Part shown: one piece after another, positions 1 through 14,030 of the stretch
Numbering within the stretch: the stretch's first letter is position 1
Layout of the letters: every line of letters starts with the position of its first letter
Source of the DNA: Octopus vulgaris
Lineage: Eukaryota
Direction of reading: 5' to 3'
Length of the DNA: 64,000 bases
NCBI GenBank assembly: GCA_951406725.2
Contig: OX597817.1
Span: 152,582,001-152,646,000, forward strand
Program-made: the position numbers and the translations under genes
The notes under the pieces: model-generated
Seen by the model: only the letters and a program-made list of their open reading frames with translations
Database searches by the model: none
Told to the model about the DNA's origin: nothing

Positions 1-308
1 CCAAATCCACTCACAAGGCATTGGTTGGCCCGGGGCTATAGCAGAAGACACTTGCCCAAGATGCCACCCAGTGGGACTGAACCCAGAACCATGTGGTTGG
101 TTAGCAAGCTACTTACCACATTGCTACTCCTGTGCCTATATATAAGACAAACTTCTTTCAGTTTCTGTCCACCAAATCCACTCACAAAGCTTTGGTCGTC
201 CTGAGGCTATAGCAGAAGACACTTGTCCAAGGTGCCACACAGTGGACTGAACCTGGAACCATGTGGTTAGGAAGCGAGCTTCTAACTGCACAGCCACACT
301 TGTACCTA
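1..308 (-). mobile_element. Two partial heads of SINE family A
   Basis: Reverse complements of the 1248-1410 head, in tandem. Confidence 0.8.
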
Positions 309-344
309 TACTAGTATACTTTTTTTTAACCTGCTGAGTCTGGA

Positions 345-580
345 GGAAGGGGCAGTGTCCATGATCTTTGCAGGCCCTTCAGAGCCTGTGAGTGATGTCG
401 TCAAAATCTGCAGGGAGGAGATTCCAGAGGGTCGATGCTCTGGTAAAGAAGAATGAGGCATAGTGGTTAGTGTGTGTGTGTCTGTGGGAGTTGAGTGGTG
501 TTAGTAGATGTAACAAGGTTGACAAAAAGTGTAGAGGAGTAGAGCAGGGATACCTGAATGGCGAATGCACTGCACCTGTA
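345..580 (-). mobile_element. CR1/L2-like LINE ORF2 3' remnant
   Basis: HTNHYASFFTRASTLWNLLP resembles the FFxRxxxLWNxLP C-terminal motif of CR1/L2-group ORF2. Confidence 0.5.
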
Positions 581-1247
581 TCAGTATATTTTTGCCTACA
601 GCCAAACCTTATTAGCAATCAAAGTTGTGATTCTGTTACCACGTATTTATTATTTTCATTATGGTGTTGCTTAACCCCAAGCTAACTCTCAAATGAGCAG
701 GTCTTTGATCATAGATATTCTAGCCATGACCATCCAATCTTTATTTACAGCCACAGCATCCTTTGGACCATATTATCCAATAAGTTCTTTCTCTTTAAGA
801 CAGTGAGGTTAAGTGAAATTTGGCTGCTATTTCTAGCAGTTTGAGTAACCATATAGAGAGTTATTTATTATTAAGAGGACACCGGACAACAGAATTAGTA
901 GAGCGCTGGAATAAATGCATTGTGGTTTTTCATTACAGTTTGAGTTCAAATTTCACTAGTATACGCCTTCAGTGGGTCAAATGACAGCACACAATATATC
1001 TACCGGTTAAGGACTGGAGTAGATTCAATAAACTCCAAATAATATACAGCAAAAGACTGAATTAGTATAGTATTTTGCTATTATTTACATTATAGTGCAA
1101 TTGGTAAACAAATCATTGCATTTCCGACAGTAAGAATGTTTGTGTAACTCAGTACAGAACAAACAGGAACAGAGGATTTTGTTCAGAAATCACCCAGTTT
1201 TCAGTATTTCTCAGATTTGTCAAAATACACACACACATATATATATA

Positions 1248-1640
1248 GGCGCAGGAGTGGCTGTGTGGTAAGTAGCTTGCTAACCAACCACATGCTTCCG
1301 GGTTCAGTCCCACTGGGTGGCATCTTGGGCAAGTGTCTTCTGCTATAGCCTCGGGCCAACCAAAGCCTTGTGAGTGGATTTGGTAGACGGAAACTGAAAG
1401 AAGCCTGTCGTATATATGTGTATGTGTGTGTATATATTTGTGTGTCTGTGTTTGTCCCTCTAGCATTGCTTGACAACCGATGCTGGTGTGTTTACGTCCC
1501 CGTCACTTAGCGGTTCGGCAAAAAGAGACCGATAGAATAAGTACTGGGCTTACAAAGAATAAGTCCCGGGGTCGATTTGCTCGACTAAAAGCGGTGCTCC
1601 AGTATGGCCGCAGTCAAATGACTGAAACAAGTAAACGAGT
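1248..1640 (+). mobile_element. tRNA-derived SINE family A, full length, internal (TA/TG)n
   Basis: A-box gtggctgtgtggt, B-box gggttcagtccc, tail ...gcagtcaaatgactgaaacaagtaaa; more than 10 copies in the window. Confidence 0.9.
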
Positions 1641-1704
1641 ATATATATATCAATATGACTTATAACATGACAAAAGCCATTGACACATAAATACCCCTCA
1701 TATT

Positions 1705-2045
1705 CTTTTACATGTTTCAGTCATTTGACAGCGACCAGGCTGGAGGACTGCCTTAATGGGTTTTAGGACCTATTCTTTGTAAGCCTAGTGCTTATTCTAT
1801 CAGTCTCCTTTGCCAAACCACTAAGTTACGGGGGCATAAACACATCAGCATTGGTTGCCATGGCGGAGGTACAAACATAGATGAAGGGGTTCTTTCAGTT
1901 TCCATCTACCAAATCCACTCACAAGGCTTTGGTTGGCCCTAGACTATAGTAGAAGACACTTACCCAAGGTGCCACACAGTGGGACTGAACCTGGAACCAT
2001 GTGGTTGGGAAGCAAGCTTCTTACCACACAGCCACGCCTGTGCCT
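1705..2045 (-). mobile_element. SINE family A copy
   Basis: Reverse-complement homology to 1248-1640. Confidence 0.85.
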
Positions 2046-2054
2046 ATGTATATA

Positions 2055-2433
2055 TCTCTCTATATATAAAGCTGAAGTTGTCTGTGTATGGCAGGTTTGG
2101 TAGCCTTCAACTAACACTATCTCCTCCGAGACCTTGCGATGCAAGTTGACCAAAATTGAGAGTATGCTAGAAGGCTTGCTCTTCCTTTCGTAGAAGAAAA
2201 AAATTCAAATTGGACCATGTTAACACTAAAAATTATTTACATCAAAAAGGTGCTTTTTTTCTATGAAAATCCCTATTTTTTACAATTTTTTTACTGTTGT
2301 GTCGCCATTTTCAGTGTATTTCAACCAGAAAAACGTTCACTTAAAGAGAATAACAAGCTACATAATGCAAAATTTTTACTTTTCAAAAATTCCAATTCTA
2401 AAGGGTTGAAACAAACCCGAGCGATACTGCTAG
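2055..2433 (+). mobile_element. Non-autonomous Helitron (variant subfamily)
   Basis: A|TC...CTAG|T ends; termini tctatatataaa(g)ctg and acaaacccgagcgatactgctag shared with the 26826 and 34647 copies. Confidence 0.7.
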
Positions 2434-2729
2434 TAATAATAATAATCTTCATCATCTTATCATCTACTTTTCCATGCTTGCATGATTCAGATGGAGTTTA
2501 TTGAAGCAGATTTCTACAACCAAATGCTCATCCTGTTGCTAACCCACACCTGTGTCCATGTAAGGTAATATTTCCCCATGGCAGGATAAGGCTTCATGGA
2601 AGATTGGAAATGGTGACCACTTGTTCACAATAATCACGTGGTGTCAACTTACATATACATCTTTACATCCGACTTCTTTCAGTTTCTGTGTACTAAATCC
2701 ACTCAGGAGGCTTTGATTGGCCTGGGACT

Positions 2730-3054
2730 TAAAGACTCCGCCGGTTACGACGACGAGGGTCCCAGCTGATACGATCAACGGAACAGCTTGCTCGTGAAAT
2801 TAACGTGCAAATGGCTGAGCATTCCACAGACACGTGTACCCTTAACGTAGTTCTCGGGGATAATCAGCGTGACACAGAGTGACAAGGCTGACCCTTTGAA
2901 ATACAAGTACAACTCATTTTTGCCAGCTGAGTGGACTGGAGCAACGTGAAATAAAGTGTCTTGCTCAAGGACACAACGCGTCGCCGGGAATCGAACTCAC
3001 AACCTTACGATCATGAGCCGAATGCCCTTAACCACTAAGCCACGCGCCCTCACA
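2730..3054 (-). mobile_element. CORE-type tRNA SINE family B nested in an older family A copy
   Basis: tRNA-like head, tgtccttgagcaagacactt CORE-like motif; 12-bp TSD tggcctgggact at 2718-2729 and 3055-3066. Confidence 0.9.
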
Positions 3055-3346
3055 TGGCCTGGGACTATTGTAGAAAACACTTGCCATGCAATGAAGCAAG
3101 CTCCTTAACTACACAATAGCAGGTTTTTTTTTTTCTTTGATTCTTTAATTTTTAATGGCTTGGTCACCTTGAACATCAATTTTGATTCCTGGTGGTGAGA
3201 TCAGTTTTGCTGTCAGGTAAATATATTTGTTGTCATATTCTATGACTGGTTCTTGAATTCAAAGAAGTTCCACAATTGTGATGTTATCATCATCATCATC
3301 GTTTAACATCCGTTTTAAAGTGTGCTTTTTTTTTTTTTTTTTAAAG

Positions 3347-3419
3347 AAGTCCCGGTGAAGATCGAACTCACGACCTTCTGCGTGTAAAGCAGATGTGATA
3401 ACCACTACACCACGGATAA
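3347..3419 (-). pseudogene. tRNA-Val(TAC)-derived pseudogene or retrocopy
   Basis: TTATCCGTGGTGTAGTGGTTATCACATCTGCTTTACACGCAGAAGGTCGTGAGTTCGATCTTCACCGGGACTT: D, anticodon (TAC, 3386-3384) and T arms intact; first three acceptor pairs mismatched; followed by CTTT and A17. Confidence 0.75.
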
Positions 3420-3509
3420 GCTATTTGGATGAACTTGAGGGTTTTTCCATGGCTGTGCCCCAAAAACTCTACATCTTTCACTTGCAAATGAGTAAGGCTT
3501 AATAACATG

Positions 3510-3960
3510 TACCGTGCTAATTGTTTTAGATGGGGGCAATGACAAAAGACCAAAACCTTTGGCAATATACAGTGCTTGAAAAGACCTGTTAAGCCAAGGG
3601 AAATTGTAGTTGTGGCTGATGCTGGTGTCATGTAAAAAGCACCCTTTGAATGTTGGGCCTCATGAAGGCAATAAGTGTGACCTTTGGTGATATGCAATAT
3701 TTGAGGAGACCTGTCAAGCCAAGTGAAATTATAGTCGTGGCTGGTACTGGTGTTACATAACTGGCATCCGTTCTGGTGGCACATAAAAAGCACTCTTTAC
3801 ACTTTTGGAGTAGTTGGCATTAGGAAGGGCATCTGGCTGCAGAAACCATGCCAAATAAGATTGGAACCTGGTACAGCTCTCCAGCATACCAGTTTCAGTC
3901 AAACCGTCTAACCCATGCCAGCATGGAAAGCAGATGCTAAATGACGATGATGATGAAGAA
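3510..3960 (+). mobile_element. SINE-like repeat with internal duplication and (GAT)n tail
   Basis: taggaagggcatc...gaaaccatgccaaat...catgccagcatgga...gatgatga; second copy at 5400-5565. Confidence 0.65.
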
Positions 3961-4199
3961 GGTACAAGCAGATTTCCACCAGCTTGTCTATTCCTTGACC
4001 CAGCAAAACATTGAAGATGTGACAGCTGGGAGCTGCACCTGCACTGAGTAAACTGGTGCAAATGAAATGAAGTACTTTGCCCAAGGTCCATAACATGCTG
4101 CTGTCCAGCCCAACCCATGAACTGAACCTACAGCTTTTTGATCATGAGCTCACTATCCTAACCACTAAGCCTTGCCCATTCATGTGTGTATATCTTTAT

Positions 4200-4890
4200 T
4201 CTTTCTCTTGTTTTATTCACTGAACTGCAGCCATGCTGGGGCACCACCTTACAGGGTTTAGTTGTCTACCAAATCCACCCACAAGGCTTTGGTTGACCTG
4301 GGGCTGTAGAAGATACTTGTACAAGGTGGTAAGCAGTGGGACTGAACTCAGAGCTATGTGGTTGGGAAGCAAGCTTCTTACCAGTCACACCTGCACCTAT
4401 ATATATGGACATAGGCACAGGCGTGGCTGTGTGGTAAGAAGCTTGCTTCTCAGGTTCAGTCCCACTGTGTAGCACTTTGGCCAAGTGTCTTCTATTATAG
4501 CCTTGGGAGTGGATTTGGTAGATGGAAATTGAAGGAAGCCTGTTGTATTTTGTTCCCACCCTATGTTGGTGTGTTTACATCCCAGTAACTTCGTTTGGCA
4601 AAAGAGATTGATAGAATAAGTACTAGGCTTACAAAAAATAAGTCCTGGGGTCAAATTATTTGACTAAAGTAGTGCTCCAGCATGGCTGCAGTCAAATGAC
4701 TGAAACAAATAAAAGAATAACTTTTGGGTGTGTGTATCTATATGTCAGACATGAATGTGCGGTAAGAAGTTTCTTCCAAATACATGGTTGTGGGTTCAGT
4801 CCCACTACTGGCATCTTGGGCAAGTGTCACCCGCTGATCAAGGCCTTGTGAGTGGATTTGCTCAATGGAAACTGTGAAAGTCCATCATAT
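4200..4890. mobile_element. Cluster of degenerate family A SINEs (head-to-head pair plus fragment)
   Basis: 4200-4398 minus, 4410-4720 plus, 4750-4890 plus; homology to 1248-1640. Confidence 0.75.
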
Positions 4891-7800
4891 ATGCCTGGGT
4901 GTGTTGCTGTCTCCTTGCCTTGACAAAGTTGTAAATGAGTGTCAGTCATGCAAGCTGAGTCCTTCATTTCTGATCTTGTTAAAACAGTCTGATCATGGGG
5001 AAATATTTCCTTACTTTGAAACAGGTCATTTGGCTGTAGAAAATCTGCCTGGTCCATGACCCATGCAAGCATGAAGCAATATCTTTTGTCATTTGAGTAT
5101 CTGCACATGGGAAGTCTCTAAAGCATGCATGGTATTCACTGCACATGCAAAAATATTTTTCCAAAAGAAAGACAAGGGCTGATACAACATGGCAATAGTG
5201 TCATTGGAACATTGCAGTCAAAGCAAAAAGAGGGAATGAATTTCACAAGTGATCACATTGAACATCCTAACAACTACAATAGTTCACTGCTACTTTTTTT
5301 GACAGAAGAGCAAAGTTCACCCCAGTAGAATTTGAATTCAGAGTGCAATTTCAGAATAAGTATTATATATATATATATACATACAAAAATAAATGTGAGT
5401 GATACTGGTGTCACATAAAAGCACCTATTACACTCTCGGAGTGGCTGTCATTAGGAAGGGCAATCCAGCTGTAGAAACCATGCCAAATCAGACTGGAGTC
5501 CGGTGCAGCACAGGTCAAACCATCCACCTCATGCCAGCATGGACAATAGATGCTAAATGATGTTTATCTTCTATTATTTTCAGCCAGGAGCTGTGGCTAT
5601 GGGTATATACATTAGAAGTAACAAATTCCACATGAATTCGTTAACTCAAGGCCGTGATAGAAATACACCTGCACAATGAGATTGGACCCCAAATCAAATG
5701 GTTACCAACCTAAATGTCAACTAGTAAAACTTTTTTTGTTTGTTGGGTTGGTAAAGCACTAAGATTCAAGAAATAGATTCACGACTATGTAACTCTTCTT
5801 TTTAAATGTCATATCTAAAAGCTGAAATTGTAGATTTCTTGGACTAAATGACTTGTAGTATTTTGTATACCAGTATGATGAATTATTTTAAGAATAAGAG
5901 AAATAATAGGTATGGTACTGTTGCTTAGCTGTATTTAGTCTTGTCACAGTTCAATCTCACCGCATTTGTTTTACATCAGATCAATGCTGATCAAAGTATC
6001 CAGACATATAGCCAGGACATCCACTTTTATCCAGGACCACATTATCTGATATTTCATTCGGTTTTTAAAGATCGTACATTATAATTTAATAAGGATTTGG
6101 TCGTTTTTTTTTTTTGCTACTAAAGTGGCATAAAGGATAGAGTTGATTCAATCACTTATACTTTTCTCGGAAAATTTGAGTTCTTTGTTGAATTTAGGTC
6201 TGTTGACATGATCTTCACAACTCATGTCTTGTTATTTGAAAACCATTAGTTTTTCATATAAAACCAGTTATCTCCCCCATCTAAGTTAATAGACCAACAT
6301 GTGGCCGGGTGTGAACAAATGTTTTACTAGTTTCTCAGCAACAATTTCATCTCAGATTTGCAGTGAGTTGATTAAAAAAAATCCGTCTACATTTCTCACC
6401 CAAGCCAACGGTTTCATTTCAACTGCCAGCTCAGTGTATAAAATTAACTTTCATGTAGATTAAAAAAAAAAAAAAAATCTGCCGATCCCTGTTGAGGTTG
6501 GAATGTGGGTAGGAAAGTTGTCAAACCACAATCTCTTTGCTTACCTGGGTCCCATCCTTACTTGTTCAACAGCTGACTAAAATCTGTTGTGCAAAGCTGC
6601 ACATTTCAGTTGCTTACATCCTGATACAATTCTATGTGGCTGTGATAGACGTTACCATAGAGGACATGGAATGGAGTGAAAATGATGGATCAGTTCTATA
6701 CGACAGGGGTTATGTACAGGGAAACAAAAACGCTTGTGTTGACATGGAGTTAGTTGCTATGTATATAAGATGCCAGGGTGGTGGTGAAGGTAGGGCACCC
6801 AGTAATTCAATACTACATTAACCGGAGTTCTGCCAGCACCCATTGTAGGCAGTCTGGTTGGCTAAATTTGTCTCCTACACACTCAGAAACTTGGCGAGTT
6901 ACACTACCTAAGATATTGTAGGCACCTACGGGAGGTAGTTAAGTTGTACCGATTGATTCATATAGTGAAATACTGAATAAGAGTTGTGGTGGTTGAGGGT
7001 AAGGGGAAGCAGATGTATTGCTTAAGCTAGGTTGTCAACAGAGGGACTGAGAAGCAGCAAGAGGAGTGGGGTGTAGGGGGAGGAGGAGGAATTATATAAA
7101 TATAACAGGCAGCTGGAAAACTGTTGTGTAATTATAGATGATGCTACCAGAACTAGAATGTAAATAGCACCAAGACTTTATCGCTATAGCAGAGTGAATG
7201 CTAACACGAGAGAATACACCATCACTACAGGATGGAGACAGAGTCTCTCTCGGTAGGGAAGGGTGAGAGGCCAAAGCATCTGCCAAATCAGTTTGGACAG
7301 GTCCGAACACCCCCATCCCAATCTTTCCTTTATAGTTCATGTGACTTGTAATTCTACCTCTCCACATCAACAGTACAATTAACAAGGTGGCTGATTAAAT
7401 AATGTATTGCGCATAGGCCAGGAATTTAAATCTGTTGTTTCATTTCTTGATAGAATACTTTATTCTACATCACTTCAATTCACAAAACTGTCATGCGTGA
7501 TATGGGGGTGTTACCTGTGATAGTCCTTTCTCAGTCTTTGTAGTATGCTAGACATTTTATAGATGACTTCATTTCAAAAACAGAAACATCAACCTGTGAT
7601 GTTATCTATCAGATAATATTCTTATTACAGTATTCATTACCTTACTCCAATTGTGGTATGTTATGATGGACTTGGTTTATCCAGAGGAAAATAGATCACA
7701 CTAGTACAACACTAAATCTAGATATTGGGAGGCATTTGCATTTTATTTTAGCCTATCAGTAGCCAACATTACATTTAACATTTAGGCTGGGAAGATACTG

Positions 7801-10800
7801 TACAGCCACGACATTGTAGTAACTGGGTGAGATTAATAGCCAGTGAAATATCTGAGAGGACGGATCAGTTATAGTGTTTAATACTCAGCATGTTGGGCAA
7901 GTTTAGGTAGGGATAGTTGAAAAGACAGGCAAGAATTGGACAATGGTTGAATGTAGATTTCATTTATCGGACAGCAAGCTTTTGTATTATACATTTTACA
8001 TTTCAGAATGTTAGTAAATACTCCAGTGTTTGGTGTGTAAGACCAGCTACTGTTGTTTTTTTTGACAATGAAAGAAATCCAACTTGTGTGATACTGCTTT
8101 GGTTGGTCACCAAGAGATTCCAAAGAACCTCATGATTTTTACCTGTGACATTATTTAGGTGTTAAGTGGTATGGTTGTGTTTTTTGATAGTGATGAAATT
8201 TGCAGTTGTACAAAAGTTGTATAGTTCAGACCAAAAAACAATAATGAAAATAGATTTTGTACAACCAACATTAAACAGTACTCAAAAAACAATTTAAATA
8301 TATAATTTATTAAAATACCTTAAATAAAAATTTCTGATCAGTTTTACATTTATTTTCATAAAAGAAAATGACTGTTCAGAACATGTATTCTTTTTTGAAA
8401 CGTTTTGTCTTTAATAATTCAATGATGAGTACTACTTAATATTAGTATCAGAATATTTTTCATTATTCCTAAATGACTGTACAACTTTTGTAGAATTACT
8501 CAGTTGAACTCAGAATTGCAGTTCTAAGTTCAGCCCCACTGCATGTTATCCATCATAGCCTCCAGCTGACCAATTACCTTGTGAGTGGAATTTATTATTT
8601 GGAAACTGATAAATGCACACCTATATAAGAAAACCGGATTTTGCACTATATGTCCTGCAGCAAGTTGCAGACACTTCTATGTTAGTAAACCAATGATTTC
8701 TCTTTACAAACCTACAACTGATACTACTGTTCACCAAATGCAATATAAAATGTCAAATGTTCACAAATGTTATATGACAACTGAGCGAATTGAGCAGCCT
8801 AAATAGACAGATAAGTCATTACTCGAATAAAATACAAAATACCCACAAAGTTTAACTGAGAGCCATACAAAGCTCTCCTGCAGAAATGGCATGACTCAAT
8901 TTGCTAAGTTTCCATGTGGCTGAACAGAGTAGATAGAGAGTGATTACAAAACTTTAAGCAGGCATAGTTTTCTTACTAGATCATCTACTCAAATTACTTG
9001 CTAATAGTGAAGTTGACAGTCACACTTGTATAATCACTACTAGTTGTGAGTGAAAACTGTTCCTGTACACAAACACCCAGCTTCACTTTAGCAGCACTCA
9101 TGAAACTGGAGTGGAAACTTATGAGAACATGAAGCTTCAAGATAATAGGGGATATTTATTCACTAGAGACCTGCCCACCCACACTTGGAAGCAAATGAAT
9201 AGCAATACAACAGCAATAAAATGGAATGTTAACTGGGTGTGTTAAGAGTAGAAGTAATGTGTTTCAACATGAAACAGTTCATGCTAGCAGATTGACTTGT
9301 AAACAATTATGAGTCAAGTCTTTGCAATAGATGATTGTTAAGCTGTAGACTGGTAGAAACAGGAGCCTTCAGCAGTGTCAAGTGCGTGGACAGGCAATGT
9401 GGAGAGGAGGGGGAGGGGTCAGTCAACAAGTGCTGATCACATCAAGATTTCCTGCTCACACACAGCAATAAGAACACATTGAGAAATGATATAATTCAGA
9501 CACGCATAGATGACAGTGGAAATGTTTCAACAGATGGTAGCACTGGAGATATTAGAGTGTTTAATGAAATAGTAATGGCAGTAACAACTAATATCCTCAA
9601 CCTCCAACAAAGAGGTACAAGGAGAAAGAGAAAAATAGTGGTAACTAATTAAACTTTCAAATTAAAAAGCAAAAATTCATAAGTCAGGAAGGAACTGCTA
9701 ACTTCATCCTTGTTTTGTTAAAGAGGAAGAAAAGAAAAAGGAAGCAACACTTCACTATTAAACTGTTGTAGGGCATCAAATCATATTAACAGTTATATTC
9801 TATTCTTATGTTGCTGTTTAATATTACAAGTATAATTCTGTTCAGAGAAGAGCTTAATATTGCGGTCTGATTAGAAGGGGAAAATGTTCTACAACTGGTT
9901 TTCTAGTTTCTAAAATACATCTAGAGAGAAAGAAAAGTCTACAATGTAAATGAATTAGAATAAGTTAATGATATTTTTGTTTCAGACTGCCCGCTATACA
10001 ACATAATGTAGATTTTGTGCTAAAATGTAAGTAGCAACAAGATTTTTATTTTCTAGTGACAAAGTTGTAACAGGAAGTCATAAGATGGCACTTGTAAAAC
10101 CAAACACATGCAACATAAAATCAACAACCTGCCATATTACACACCTGCACACAATCAAATTTAGGATGTATTAAAAAATAAACAAAATAAAATTAAGAAT
10201 GATTATGAAAAAAAAAAAAGTTTTGATGAGAATTTAAAAAATAAAAATAAAAAAGTCTTATAATTAAAAAAAAGGCTGTTCAGAAAGTATAATGTGGCAG
10301 GTGAGGATTTTAAGAATTGAAGCTATACAGAACAGATGTGAAACAACACACCACAGAACAAAGTGGACCGAAGCAAGAAGCATCTGTACAGAAGGAGTAG
10401 TGACAATGCTTGACATCTTGTCAGATTTATTTCACATGACATTGTTATTTTTTTGCCAATCATATACAAAATGTGAACTTAATTTTGTTTTGTTGGTTTT
10501 TTATTATTCAATATCAATATAAATTTCTCATAGCGAGCAGTGACAACAAATACAATATTGTCAGAAAACTTCCCACATGGAAACAACATCGTAAAATTAC
10601 ACCAAAAAAATTCTTTGACTTATTTGTCAGTGATTCCAGTATTAATTTCCACAATCAAATTGTCAGCCAGGAAATTAATAACTTTCAACATTTCCCCAAA
10701 TAACCATCAGGCAGCAACCATTAAGAAATAGCTGCCACCTCAGGAAATATTGAAAAAAAAGAAAAAAAATTAAAAAAAGAAAAAAGATGAAAGGGGGGGC

Positions 10801-11846
10801 TAGAAGAAAAGACAAAGAGCACAGAAGTACTGAGGAAGAGGGGGGAAAGGAAATTAATGGATAACTCAAACAACCATACAACTGGTTAGACAGTATTGGT
10901 CATTTTAATCTAAAATTTTATAAGAAAAAGTAATCAGTTATTTTGGATACAGTTTGGTTTCCTTCAAATGACAATGATGAATGTTTGTAATGTGACTTTT
11001 CCTTTTTCTCCACTTCTTGCTCGGTTAGAAGCAAGGCCAAGTAGCATATCCTTGATATTGCAGCTCTTCTCACCTGTAGTGGTCTCGAAAAGAGAATGTA
11101 AGTCGAAATGAAAAGCAGAATGTGCTAGGACGAGGTTAATAGACTAAAACTGACTTAAAGAAATTTGCAAGTGAATAAGATGAAAAGCTGACTTATGACG
11201 ACAACAACAAGGAGAAAAACTAAATATCCAGTTTTCACCAAGTAAAAAAATAAAAAAATTGCCAAAAATGGTAATCCCCACAAGTTGGGAAATGGTAACA
11301 AAATGATGCTGCTCGCATCATAAAAGAGAAAAAACATTCAAAGTAGTTTAGGGGAAATCTAGTCAGCCATGCCCATCTAGTGTTTTAATGCTGTACATCA
11401 TGTTTTCAATTTCCAAAAGTTCTAAAACAAGTGTGAAACACCCATGTGTCCATCAGTACATTAAAACGGTCAACAGCCTGTAAGTTGTTTAGATTTATAA
11501 AAGAAGCTTTGGACTTTTCTAATATTCCTATTACTAATGTAACTAATTAGAAACAACAGGTAAAATAACGCATACCTACCCACCCACCCCTGCCTATCAA
11601 ATAAATAGAAACTTACTTAAATCTAAAAAGTCTGCATCAATTGTTAACTTAGTGTCAATGCAGAATCTACATCAGGACCATGATGTGAAAACTAAAACTC
11701 CATTGTAACAACTATGCAACTAATTTATGTTGTGTTTTATATATATATATACCTATTTTGTTTGTTCCTTGTCTTTGAAGAAGATAAAAAATAAAGAAAA
11801 GGTAAAAAAAAAAAAAAAATACAATACCACTTAATTTACAGTTATC

Positions 11847-11852
11847 TTTATT
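11847..11852 (-). terminator. Proximal CaM polyadenylation signal AATAAA
   Basis: AATAAA ~380 nt after the stop, followed ~20-45 nt downstream by GTGGTATTGT and a T-run (GU/U-rich downstream element). Confidence 0.55.
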
Positions 11853-12229
11853 TGAATGAGATCTGATGGACCAGCATGGAAAAAGATAGCAAAGAGATTG
11901 GCTTGGCTGGAAGGCAGAAATTTTTTTTACATCTTTGAAGGAAAGGAAAAATGAATTTGATATAGTGGAGTCTACAGAACTAGGTCAGAGAAAGTAGTCA
12001 GATGGGATAGGGACATAATTGGTGATCTTACAGCACCACTACCGGGAAGAGATAACTGTACAGACCATCCCAGGTACATCTTTTAATTGAATGTGCGACT
12101 AAATACAGGACCTTGAGCTGTACACATACAGAAATGAGAGATGCCAGGATGAAACTGCAGTGTGAATAAACTTTAATTTGCTTGTAATAATAATAATAAT
12201 ATAATAATTATAATAATAATTCACCAGTT

Positions 12230-13623
<1,394 letters not shown>

Positions 13624-13882
13624 GTCGGAATGTCGTGTTGCTAATGGTAAGGGTAGAATGTGAAAAAAGAGCAGGTAGCGGTGGGTAAGGCAAGCTAAAC
13701 AGAATTAGACAAGATCTAAAGTAACAATAAAGCAGCTGTAGCCTCTCTAGTCAAATAAAATCAATGGAAATAGCAGCAGCAGCAGTTGCAAATCAATAAC
13801 CAGATGGAAATCGAACTATGTCACACAGCAGTACAGATCTTACTCTACTGACACTGTCATCACCACTGCAGATTGGGGAACT

Positions 13883-14030
13883 ACTGAATATATAAATATC
13901 TACACACAGTTATATATATATATATATATATATATAAGGGGCATGTGGTAGAGAAGACAGAAAGGGCAAGTGGTAGAGAGGCAGAAGGGGCCAGAGACAC
14001 TGGTGCAGTGGTGAAACGTCGGTGACGCAG
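13883..14030 (-). promoter_or_regulatory. Putative proximal CaM core promoter (TATA within a (TA)n tract, Inr-like TCAGT, CRE half-site)
   Basis: TCAGT at 13887-13883; TATATAA at 13916-13910, about 25-30 nt upstream; TGACG at 14023-14027. Confidence 0.45.
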
